Shown here piece after piece: positions 31,915 through 42,564 of a stretch of 64,000 bases of DNA (positions are counted from its first letter, which is position 1; every line of letters begins with the position of its first letter). A program made the position numbers and the translations under genes. The stretch spans positions 1,465,882 to 1,529,881 of the forward strand of contig NW_003314281.1 in NCBI RefSeq assembly GCF_000143415.4, read 5' to 3'. The stretch is from Selaginella moellendorffii. Its lineage: Eukaryota; Plantae; Lycopodiophyta. The notes beneath the pieces were generated by a model. It was not told the DNA's origin and ran no database searches. It saw only the letters and a program-made list of their open reading frames with translations.

Positions 31915-33724
31915 CGTCGAGGATCATCGCTTGCCTTCTTCGCGATGGCTGCTGCTTGTAGAAACTGGAGAGAAGAACATAGTGAGCGCCATCTTCTGGA
32001 TCGAGCTCCGCGGCATTCGCTGCCGCGAGATCCGCGCGAATCCCATCGCCGTGGAGCGCGCTCGAATTCAGCAGCATCGACCACGCGAGATTGCTTGGAA
32101 AGAATGGCATCCTGTCGACCAGCTCGTGGGCTTCCTCGATCCGGCCACACCGTCCCAGCAAATCCACCATGCAGCAGTAATGTACCAGCTGCTGATGCTG
32201 ATCTCCATCCTCGCGCATCGAGATCCAGATATCCCAGCCTCGATCCACAAGCCCGCCTCTCCCACACGCCGTGAGCACCGCCGTGTACGTGAGATCCTCC
32301 GGAAGAACACCCTGGAGCCGCATTGCCGAGAAGATATCCAGCGAGCTCGCGATCTCGCCATTCTGCGCGTACCCAGCGATCATCACGTTCCAGGAGATCG
32401 CGTCCCGCTCGGCCATGGCGTCGAAGATCTTCCTGGCATCGCCCATCCGCCCCGAGTGAGCGAATGCCAGTGCCAGGGAATTGCAAGCCGCTGAATCCCT
32501 GCAAGGCATCGCCTGGAAGATCGATCTCGCTTCGTCTAGCTGCTGGATCTGGGCGTGAGCGGTGAGAATCTCCGTCCACGAGACGATGCTCCGCGTCTCC
32601 ATCGCCAGGAAGAAGTTCCAGGCCTCTTGGATCCGGCAGCTGGCCACGAAGCCTTGGAGCATTGCGTTCCACGACACCACATCGCGATCCGGCATGGAAT
32701 CAAAGAAGAGCTTCGCGTCTTCGATGGTTGCGCGCTCCACGGAGATGGTGAGCATCGCATTCCAGGCGCTCAAGCTCAACGCTGGAAGTCTCTCAAACAC
32801 TCTCCGGGCTTCTCCCAGGAAGCCCAGCCGGGCAAATGCTACGAGCATGAGAGACCACGACACAGCATTGCGTTCTGGCATTAAATCGAAAAGATTCTTC
32901 GCGTCATTTAATGATCCACACTCGGCATATCCTTGCAACGTTGCCGTCCACGTCACAACGTCGTGAAGTGGCATCCTTTCGGCAAAGGTTTGCGCTTTAT
33001 CAATATGCCGAGCATGGGCAAATGCTGCTACCATGGCATTCCACGCGAATTCGTTCCGATGGCGCATCGCGAAGAACACAAACTGCGCTTCCTCCAAGTA
33101 CTGGTTTTGAATGTAGCCCGCAAGAATCGCTGTTGCAGAGACGAGATCAAACACCGGCATCGACTCAAAGACGCTCCTTGCAAGGGAGACTTGCCCGCAA
33201 CGGGCATGCGCAGTAATGAGGCAATTCCACGAGAGTATCGTCCTGCTGGTCATGGAATCAAACGCAGCCCTGGCGCGATCGATCTGCCCGGCGTGGGTGT
33301 AGCACTGGATCATCGTCGTCCAGGTGATGGCATCCAGCGCCGGGGTCCTGTCCGCAACCGCTCTTGCGCTTGTAAAGCTCCCATTCGCCACCAGCGCTGC
33401 CAGGAGCAAATTCCAGGAGACGATGTTGCGCTGTGGCATGGAATCGAAGATGTTCTTGGTGTGATCTAGCCGCCCAGCTCGAGCGCAGGCCTGGGCGAGG
33501 AGATGCCACGAGTAGATGTTGGGATGGGCAATGGACTGGAAGATGGATCGTGCCTCGTCGAGGCTGCCACAGATGGAGTACATCCCAAGGAGCAAATTGG
33601 AGAGGTATGTGCTGCATTGGAGAAAGCCTGAGCGAGCAAGCCGGTAGTGAATTGCCCGCCCTTGTTGCAAATCCCTCTTTTTGATGCACTCCTTTAGTTT
33701 AAGAGCCCAAAGGTTTCCATCCAT
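31862..33724 (-). CDS. PLS-class PPR-E protein, 620 aa, intronless (PPR-A)
   Basis: LLGMYSICGS, PPR array, HYCCMVDLLGRCG, E motif ELDPEDGAHYVLLSSFY; no DYW. Confidence 0.93.
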   Translation of the reverse strand: MDGNLWALKLKECIKKRDLQQGRAIHYRLARSGFLQCSTYLSNLLLGMYSICGSLDEARSIFQSIAHPNIYSWHLLAQACARAGRLDHTKNIFDSMPQRNIVSWNLLLAALVANGSFTSARAVADRTPALDAITWTTMIQCYTHAGQIDRARAAFDSMTSRTILSWNCLITAHARCGQVSLARSVFESMPVFDLVSATAILAGYIQNQYLEEAQFVFFAMRHRNEFAWNAMVAAFAHARHIDKAQTFAERMPLHDVVTWTATLQGYAECGSLNDAKNLFDLMPERNAVSWSLMLVAFARLGFLGEARRVFERLPALSLSAWNAMLTISVERATIEDAKLFFDSMPDRDVVSWNAMLQGFVASCRIQEAWNFFLAMETRSIVSWTEILTAHAQIQQLDEARSIFQAMPCRDSAACNSLALAFAHSGRMGDARKIFDAMAERDAISWNVMIAGYAQNGEIASSLDIFSAMRLQGVLPEDLTYTAVLTACGRGGLVDRGWDIWISMREDGDQHQQLVHYCCMVDLLGRCGRIEEAHELVDRMPFFPSNLAWSMLLNSSALHGDGIRADLAAANAAELDPEDGAHYVLLSSFYKQQPSRRRQAMILDDDLLEEARQARAQEGLA

Positions 33725-33991
33725 GCAAAAACGATACCCACTATAACTAATTTAATGTCAAAGTTTAGTTATTTCTGGTTAGATTGAATGATTTGCTAAT
33801 ACTAGTTTCAACTCGAGAGCTTGATTTTGGCATGAATCTGGGAAATGGACCCATTGTCACGTGGACCACTCATCTTCGCCATGGAAATTGTGGTTGTGGA
33901 TTGGAAAATCAACTCGAGACTCTGGTGGGGTGCCGGGTTCGATTTCGATCCAGTGCTCCAGTGAGAAGGTCTGGATGAAAAGAAAGAGAAG

Positions 33992-36319
33992 ATGGTGTTC
34001 GTGTCGGTGGAGGCAAGGCCACGAATTCACATTCCACTGACCACGGTACGCATCATTCGTTCCACACCCGAGAAAATACCTCCTTTTTCTGTGTTCTCCA
34101 GCACAGATTTGCTGCTCACAAATCCGAGGGCGCGGGCGAGACCTCTGATTCCGGGACCGATGCTGCGGTGCGAATCTCAACGCTGGACGAGCGGCAGTGC
34201 TGCAAATTCATGCCGCTCGCCATGCCCGCCACGAAATCCTCGTCCAAGCTGCGCTCTTTCAAAAGGATTTCCAGGAACTCGATCAGCTCCTCGGCCTCCG
34301 GCCACAGCCACGACCTGGGCTCTGGCAAATCCGACGAGAATGCGGCCGATTGGATCAACTCGGCCGTCAAAGACCCTCTTGTGGAGATTGACCCAGTGAC
34401 CATGGAGCAGCTACTTAAGAACAGGGGAGTAGATTCTTCGGCTGGGAGCACCACTCCAGTCGCGATTTCTCCGCAGCCTCTTTGGCAACTCTTTTCGTCG
34501 CCGGCGCCGCAAGGATTTGGGAGCGTTCTTTTGGCTTTGGGTGCTACCATTTTCGTCGCAAGCCTTGCTACCGTGGGTTACTTGATGAGAAATCGCAGCC
34601 AGGGGATCGAGAAGGTCAATTCCTCCAAGGATGGTATTTTTTTCCAAGGAGGGAAATCGCTCGCAGTGGTGGACCCAGGATTGGATGATCCTTCTTATTT
34701 GAGTGATGAGGAGAGGAGGCTGGATTTGCAGAGCATTGTCGATGGTGGCGGGGATGGATCGTCCGAAAGTGATGGTGTTGGCGACGCCTCCAGAGAAGAG
34801 ATCTTTGCAACCCCGAGTGAATTGAAACACCAGAGCTCGTCCGAGGGTGGTGAAATCTTCTTCAAAGAAAACACTGGCAAATTAGAGTTTGAAGATCTGA
34901 AAGTCCAGGAACCAGCGAGTTTTTCTGACGAGGTGACAACCAGTTCAGAAGACCATGAAGATCGCACTAGAGGCTTTGAGGGTTTTGAGGCTAGCGGATC
35001 AAAAGGTAGTAGCGACTTGGAAGAAGATATGGTCACTCCTGAGGTGGTGGTAGCAGCTGCCATAGCAGCGACAGCCTCGCTAAGCAGAGAATTCCAAAGA
35101 GCCATCACGGAGAAAAGACAGGAAGCTCACGTCGAAAGCTTGGAGGAAATACTCGTGGCTGAGATGGATGAATCGAGTGAGTCGAGTGAGTCGGAGGATG
35201 ACGTGCTGACGAATGATATAGTTAGAGATGTTCTGGCGGACTTGGCTGCTCTGGAAGCGATGGAAAGAGAGAAAGCCGCCATGAATCGTGTCGGAAGCTT
35301 GGATGGAGCCAGAAACACTTGGGGAGATGACGAGTTGAAGGCAGTAGAAAAAGCTCGAGATGGTTTGGATGAAGCTACAAGCACCGCTTCAGAGTTGTAT
35401 GGAAGCTCTAGAGTTGACGACAAAGTTCTGGCTCGACAGTCACTTAGAAGACAAGAAAAAGCGATTCCATCTTACAAATCAAATGATGGTGTTCAAACAG
35501 TTGACTATGGTGATACCCACAAAGGTCACGAAACAAAGCAAGGAGAAGAACTAGGAAGAATCCATAGCTCCGATGATTCACAAGAGAAGGTACTTCTAAT
35601 TCCATCCTTGAATGAATTTTATTTTGTAACGTGTGTTTTGTTCCAGGAAGTTCTTTCTTTGAAAGCTTATCCATCAGCTGATGTTGATGTGGAGGTGACT
35701 CAATTGATTCCCAACTTTACTTTTCACTCAGTTTTTACACAATCTTTTGCAGAAACTTAGTTACGCTCCTGGTCAACATTCTCGAGACAATATGGTATGG
35801 TGATTTTGAAATTTGGTATGCTGATTTTGATGTCATTACCGATTCCACCAGTGGATGACAAACTCAAAAAAAAATGATAATCAGATGGTTTGTTTATTTT
35901 GTTTATTTTGTTTATTTTATTTTCATTTTCTAAATATGTTAAATATCAGATTTACAAAGATTACAAAGAGGAGATCAAAAAAATTGTACAAGCTATAGTT
36001 CCAGCAGTTGCAGTTGGAGCTGGTGCAATAAGCATGATTAATGGAGGTAATTTCATTTTCTTTTATTCTCTGTTACTATTTTTCTTTTATTAGTTGATGC
36101 TGCACTAGAAATGGTGGGTTTTGCTGCAACTACAAGCTTTGTATGGTATGATTTACTATGGGCTGAAACTAGGTAAGAAAAATTATAAGTACTAAAATAA
36201 ATTTACATTTGTGGCTTTCTCATAGGCAAAATCTTTATAAGGACTTTCAAGGCATAAAAAATCACAAGGAGTTGCTTCAATTTTTAAGATCTAAGAAAAT
36301 TGTTCAACCAAAGGTTTAG
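33992..36319 (+). CDS. Hypothetical membrane protein: internal TM segment, long acidic region, C-terminal CAAD/CURT1-like hydrophobic hairpin; multi-exon
   Basis: Exon 33992-34045 splices in frame to 34102-35589; later small exons give YKEEIKKIVQAIVPAVAVGAGAISMING|VDAALEMVGFAATTSFVWYDLLWAETR|QNLYKDFQGIKNHKELLQFLRSKKIVQPKV*. Confidence 0.6.
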
Positions 36320-37702
36320 AAAAATTTATATTCTTTATATAAGTCATTACCACGATAAAATTAATGTTAAAATTAAAACTTATCATCATCATTTTGCCCT
36401 AAACTTGTAAGGAAGAAAGGTATATACCCCTATATAGAATATCCTCTATCATGCTCAAAATACTTATATCAAAAAATCTTTATGCTCCAAAATGCTTTAC
36501 AACAAGTGACCATGTGTGCATTGAACAGCCCCTTCACATAAAAAGAACCCATGACCTATAACTGTAAAAATTTGTAGCCAAAGAAAGCAAATACCCAAAA
36601 CAAGTAACTACAAAAAGAGAGTGAAATGACGAAAAAATAAAAAAGATAGAAGTGTGGAGTTTGAAGACAAAGGGAAAATTTAGTGGAAAACTCTATAATT
36701 AAATTAAACTTTTGATCCAATAAAAAAAGGAGAAAAGTGAAAGAATAAAGAAATACAAAAAAGAAAAGAGCAAAGAGAATGAAGTTTTGCAAGCTTAAAA
36801 CTCTTATGCAGCACGTCTAAAATCACTAACCAAAAGAGTATCTTAAGTGTCATTATGAAATCCTAGAACTTGCCATTTGAAATGGAATAAAACTCATATC
36901 AAGTATCCATGATAAAGTATATGGTGCCTAGAGATGTACTTGAAAGTCACACATTAGTGCATAAGAGATCACAATAGGGTGGATACATTGCTTTCATAGT
37001 TAGCCAAAAAAAGCCTCTTGTGAAAACTCTACTATAACACTAAATGTTGGCAATAAGAGAAGATCATTGTTTTTTAGAGATAGTAATGTGTGCTCAGCTT
37101 AGAGACTTGCAATAGCCTCCTCCACCAAATCTAGTATAAGCTCAGCCTCAAATAAAGAGGTCATATTCTTTAGAGAACTCTTCCACAAAGGAGAGGTATC
37201 TATAAGAAACTCCATAATGTTTTTCTTCACAATTTCCTGGTGCTCTAGCTGCTCCAAAGGTGATATAACCTCAATATGAGTACTTTAAAGCTCCTTTGCT
37301 AGTTGTGGAAGCAAAATTATGCCTTGATCAATTGCTAGCTCTAAATCCCTTATAGTGGGCATTTGGGGAATTTCTAAAATCTTTGCCATATCTTGCATTT
37401 GATTGGTCTCAAACACATTTTGAATATATGAATATATATTTGAGAATCCCATGTTAATGTTGTCTAGTAAGTAGGAATCAATGTTGCTGCATTCCACCAT
37501 CATAGTTTTTAGCAACTGTGCAATAGAAAGAATCTATGAGATAAGGGCATCCAATTGAATGTGTGATGGACCTAGAGGCTCTAGGATGGAGTCCTCCTCA
37601 TTTCTCCAAGAATGCTTTGGTCTTGGGTAGTTATAAACTTCCAAGTCTGGCAAACTTTCATTGTAAAGAAGTTGCAGGAAAACCATAAATAGATTATCAT
37701 AC

Positions 37703-38665
37703 TGTAAGTGACTAAATTTTCCATTCTACTTTAATCACTTAACCACACCTCTAACCACTTGGAAGAGTCTCACTCACAATCTCCATAAGTCCTCTTTCGG
37801 ACTTGGGGACTTGCTAGCCCTGAGAATGGCATCCATACCACTCAACCTTTGCACTTGGTCCAAGTGCTTTATGACCAATCCCATGATTGACACCCAAAGT
37901 ACTATCACCATATCAACTTATTACACTAACACTATGCCCATTCACCTTTGTCACACTGGTGATCCAACACCACCTACATCACAGTCCCATCTCTCAAAAA
38001 CTGGGCCATCCGTCCATAAGTGATCATCGTAGATCCACTCTTTAATATCCTTAGGATGCTTATAAACATGGGGAATAGCCTTCTCTAATATCCCTTTTTC
38101 AGTCCTCATCAAGTCCCTTTTTGTTCATGGCTGTGTTTGCCAACACTGCCACTGAGTTAAGGCTTGAAGGCACAATCACTACATCCCATTGACCTCTAAG
38201 ACTTCCTTGCAGTATGACTGCATCCTTGGTCACCATACAAGAGGATTACTCCTCTTTCTGTCCACAGTTTGGGACTCTGGGATGACATTTCGAAACACCA
38301 CGACCCTACACGAGCCTCATGGGTACTCTTCCCACCATCTGCCTTTAGGTGCTCTAGCTAGGTGGCTAGAGCAAGGTTTCAATGAGCCACGCCAAATATC
38401 CAAGTAGGTAATGCCACCCACACTTGGACTAAAAGCATTGACCATTCAATCTCCTAAGGGAGTTAAAATTGACTCTTGAACAATTTACCAAATTACCCCA
38501 CTAGTCTATTCATATTCACTTTAGCCTTAGACTTTCTAATGGTTATATCATCACCCAACATGTGGGTATAGCCTTTTTGAACCACACTAGCCTTTCTTGG
38601 CCAAACAAATTCCACTAGAGTCCAACCCACACACTTTCCCTATTATACTTTTGGAACCCCTTACA
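37703..38665 (-). mobile_element. LTR (~960 bp) with TG...CA termini and an adjacent polypurine tract
   Basis: Begins tgtaag (37703) and ends cttaca (38665); C13 run at 38672-38684 is a G-rich PPT on minus next to the terminus; partial second copy at ~49057-49280. Confidence 0.65.
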
Positions 38666-38734
38666 GCCCAGCCCCCCCCCCCCCTAAGGGACAATTGCTT
38701 TAGGCTTTCACTTAATAGCTTGTATTAGTATTTG

Positions 38735-39132
38735 GACTCGAACTCAGACGCAAACTCGAGCTCGGACTTGAACTCAGACTCGGTCTCGGACTTGGACTCA
38801 AACTCAAATCTAGTCTCGATCTTGGTCTCGGTCTTGATCTCGGCCTTGGTCTTGGTTCTATCTCGGACTCCATCTTAGGTCCATCTCGGACTCCATCTCA
38901 AGTCCATCTCGGACTCCATCTCAGACTCCATCTCGGGTCCATCTCAAACTCCATCTCGGACTTTATTTTAGACTCCATCTCAAACTCCATCTCGGACTTT
39001 ATTTTAGACTCCATCTCAAACTCCATCTCAAGTCCATCTCAGACTCTGTCTTGGGTCCATCTCAAACTCCATCTTAGACTTTATCTCGAACTCCATTTCA
39101 GATTCCATCTCAGCTTCCATCTCAAGTCCATC
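38735..39132. repeat. Minisatellite of 6/12-bp units (ctcgga, then ctccatctcgga)
   Basis: Visible array ggactcgaactcagac...ctcggactccatctcaagtccatctcggactccatctcagactccatc. Confidence 0.9.
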
Positions 39133-41652
39133 TTGACACTTCCACATATCATGTGTTAGTCCTCTTGTGTCCCTTTTCCAGAGACTCACTTATTGCTTGC
39201 TTCGTGTTCATTCCTTGAGCACTTTGTTAAAAGTTTCACTTCCACTCTTGACTTTTCAAGTCAAAACTTTTAATCCAAACATGTTGTGCTCATTTATCTT
39301 CCATTTTGGCCACTACCATATAACACCCTTTTGGCTCCACTTTTGGGGCTCTGGGATTTGTGTCCCATACATACTTCTATGTCTTCATTATGCTCACCAC
39401 CTTCTGCTCAACTTGAAGTCTTTGCCCATGCTTATTAAGAAGAGTTGTAGACCATTTTCCATCTAAGATGGTCATTGATCCCAAGTGCTAACATGTATCA
39501 CAATCCACTACTTTATGCCAAGACTGGCTAAAGATGACATAGTTTCAACTATGTGAAGCTTAAGAAATGTTTTAAGAATGATTGTTGTAGTAGATAACAT
39601 CTCTATGCCTAGATGATTATAAAGTGTAAAGAAATCATGTTGCTTCCAGTACTAAAGTCCAAGTGTGCTCTATCAATCATTGTATTGGTGATCCCAATTA
39701 GTGAAAAAAATGCACTTGGATCCAACTGAATTGGACAATCCACAAGCTGCATTTGTTCATTAGAAGGTTCTTGGGAAGCATTAGAGTTAGGCTAGAGTCT
39801 AGAGAACTAAACCAATTGGTTAACCAAGCCCTAAATGCATTGGAGTAAGTCACCAAGAGAAACATTGAGTTGGATTGCTTGAATTTACTCTAACAAATGT
39901 GTTGGGAGTGTGGCTTTGGTTTTTTGAGAAAAAGAAACACTTTAATGTAAATTTCTAGGGAAAACTTACCCTAGTTAGGAAGTACCAATTGGAATTGAAA
40001 ATGCTGTTACAAATGCTCGAGAGAAGGGCAAATGCACCTCTATAAGTGGAGATGGTGGTGCTTGATCAAACTTAATAGTAGTTGGGATCTTTTTCTTTTT
40101 GCCACTAGTAATAGTTACAATGGTCTCTTCTATTATAAATTCCACTCATTCAAAAGCTTTGCCACAATCTTGTAGTGGTGGGGCTTTGATGGTTTTTTGT
40201 TGCAATGCTACCTACTAACCATCTACCTGAAGGCTTAAGTTGTCTATAAAGGGCTATATTATAGCTTATTGTTGCTTCTTGGGATGTTGTTTTGGGTGTA
40301 GCTTCCAACAATAATTGCAATGTGAGCAATAATGATGTGGCTTGCAAGAAGAGGCTTGTACCTTGAAAGCATGGATTTCCTCCAAAAGCCACTCTTGCTA
40401 TTGTTGTTGGAGTATGAATTTTTGTTGTTGCTAAAGTAACACAACCTTGTATTGTTGAAGTTTTGACATGGCCGAGTCAACAATAGGAATAGAAGAGTTT
40501 GCAGTTAGTGCCGATGATGATGGGTGTCCTAGAGAGTATACATTGCCGCAGTGGGAGATAGCCCAAACATTTCTGCCACACTAGAAACATTTAACTTTCA
40601 CATCAAATCATTCTCAATCTCCATGATATGATCATATATATTGCTACATTTGGAATGGCATCACTTAGCCACCTTTTGTTAAATCCTTAGCTTGAGTCTA
40701 GTCACATAAGTGGAGATAGCTAGATTCTCCTCCTTTGTCACCTCTTTTGCTTAATACATCTTTTAATATTGCTTGAATCATATCATGTAATCAAGCATAA
40801 ATTCATTACCATCTTGCTGAAAGAGAAAAAGCTTATGAAACACTTGTTGTGGGCTCTTCTCCTTTCCCTGCCAATGATCTCACAAACTCTACACATTGTG
40901 CCACATTAGTCAAGATATATAATATTGGGCAAAATTGTCTATGAAGTAGGATCAAATCCCATCCTATCCCATCTACTCAATTTGCTGAAAAATAAGAAAC
41001 TAAAATGCAAGAACTAGATTTTTCACCAAAACCCAAAGAAAGTTAAGAAAAATTATGAATGGTAGAATCCTATGCTTAAGAGAATCCATTTGACTTCAAG
41101 AGTGCCTTTAGACATAGATTTTACTACCAAGAACTAAAATCATGCTTAAATTCCTCACAAGCTCTCAAGAACAAGAAAGAAAACATATGGAAATGAGATG
41201 GGCCAGACCCATCCCACTCTAGTTATCATTTTGGTTTATGGCTAACACATCTCTTGCTTGTAAATACACTCAAAACATAGCAAAAAACTCCTCTATAGCC
41301 AAAATTTTATATATTTTCAATCATACCTTCATAACTTTCAAGGAAGAAAAATATATACCCCTTTATATGGATATCCTCTCTTACTCTTAAAATATTTCTT
41401 AGGGGGAATATTCAAAAAATCTTTATGTGTAACACTCCTCCCACTATATATTTGTATCATAAATCACTTCATAAGGCTTTGATGAGGCTTTAAGAGATAA
41501 AAAATGTGAAAAATTGAACCCTTATTTAACAATTGTTTCAATACCACAAAACCAAATGCTTTTGTGGCTCATTCTATTTGAATGGTATGTTTGTACACAA
41601 CAATTGTATTAAAGGAATAACCACCTCTATAAATCTGTCTTATAAATGTTAA

Positions 41653-42010
41653 TTAGTTATACCAAAACTTAACTAAATATTCCACTTTTGACTTTGCAAA
41701 TTCATATTTATTTTTATTTACATCAATTTTATTTTGATGTAATAGCAAAAGAACCCTGTAAAAATGCACCTTATGCTCCCCTATATTTCCATTAAAAACA
41801 AGAATATCGTCTAAGAAAATCTTTATAAATTCATGTAAATAATAATCAAACACTTTCATTATCAATTGAGAAAATGTGGCTGGAACATTTGTCAATCCAA
41901 ACAGTATAATTGTGAAGTCAAAATGGCTTAAGTTCATGTTAAACACTATTTTAGAGATAGATATATCATTTATCACAATTTAGTAATATCCACTCTTCAT
42001 ATCAATCTTG
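41653..42010 (-). mobile_element. Ty3/gypsy reverse transcriptase fragment, AT-eroded
   Basis: DMKSGYY*I...FGLTNVPATF...IFLDDILVF...KSKVEYL motifs. Confidence 0.85.
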
Positions 42011-42564
42011 GTCACTAAGTTTGTTTAAGATATTATCCACACATGACATCAATATCTTATCCTTCATTATTTTTTTATTCAAGGTATAAAATTTGCATTT
42101 ATGCATTAGGTATGCTAAACACAAACTTACTTCACTGAATAAATCCAAACTTAAATAATTCTTTAACTTGTCTTTGTCTTTAAACCTTTATATAGCTTTA
42201 GCATAATCTCATATTCTAACGTTGACATTTTGTAAAGCTTAATTTCTTTTATCTTATGCAAAATATACATGCCAGTTTGTTGGTCTTAAGTTCTTGGAGT
42301 GGATTTGTCTAGATTCACGAGCTTAAGCTCGCAAAAGTCTGGTTCTTTTTTAGAAGTTCTCAATTGGATCACATTTAATGCAAATCTTCATTGTGTAAAA
42401 TTGATTTATTTTGTTCACATGGACACTAAGGAAAGGCCAAGAGTAGTAGAGTCACCTTAGAGGCAAATGGCCCAAAAGTAGCACCAAACTACTCTTTACA
42501 CTTTACACTTGTTTAGTCCTTATGGAACATTGGACATTGCTCTGAAAGCCCATGAGTCATAAAT

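Larger units (their letters stand above)
36340..41430 (-). mobile_element. Decayed LTR retrotransposon region with nested insertion
   Basis: Diverged direct repeats ~36380-36485 and ~41315-41428 (aaggaagaaa..tatatacccc..tatat.ga.tatcctct..caaaaaatctttatg); degenerate zinc knuckle KCF*CGR..HC at ~40540-40590 on minus; many stops. Confidence 0.55.

Noticed and set aside
31411-33469. Several 130-290 aa + strand ORFs over the PPR genes
   Set aside because: Antisense shadows of GC-rich PPR coding sequence.
38735-39132. RS/EM-repeat protein encoded by the minisatellite
   Set aside because: No ORF of 60 aa or more in the track here and no start context; it lies inside a TE.
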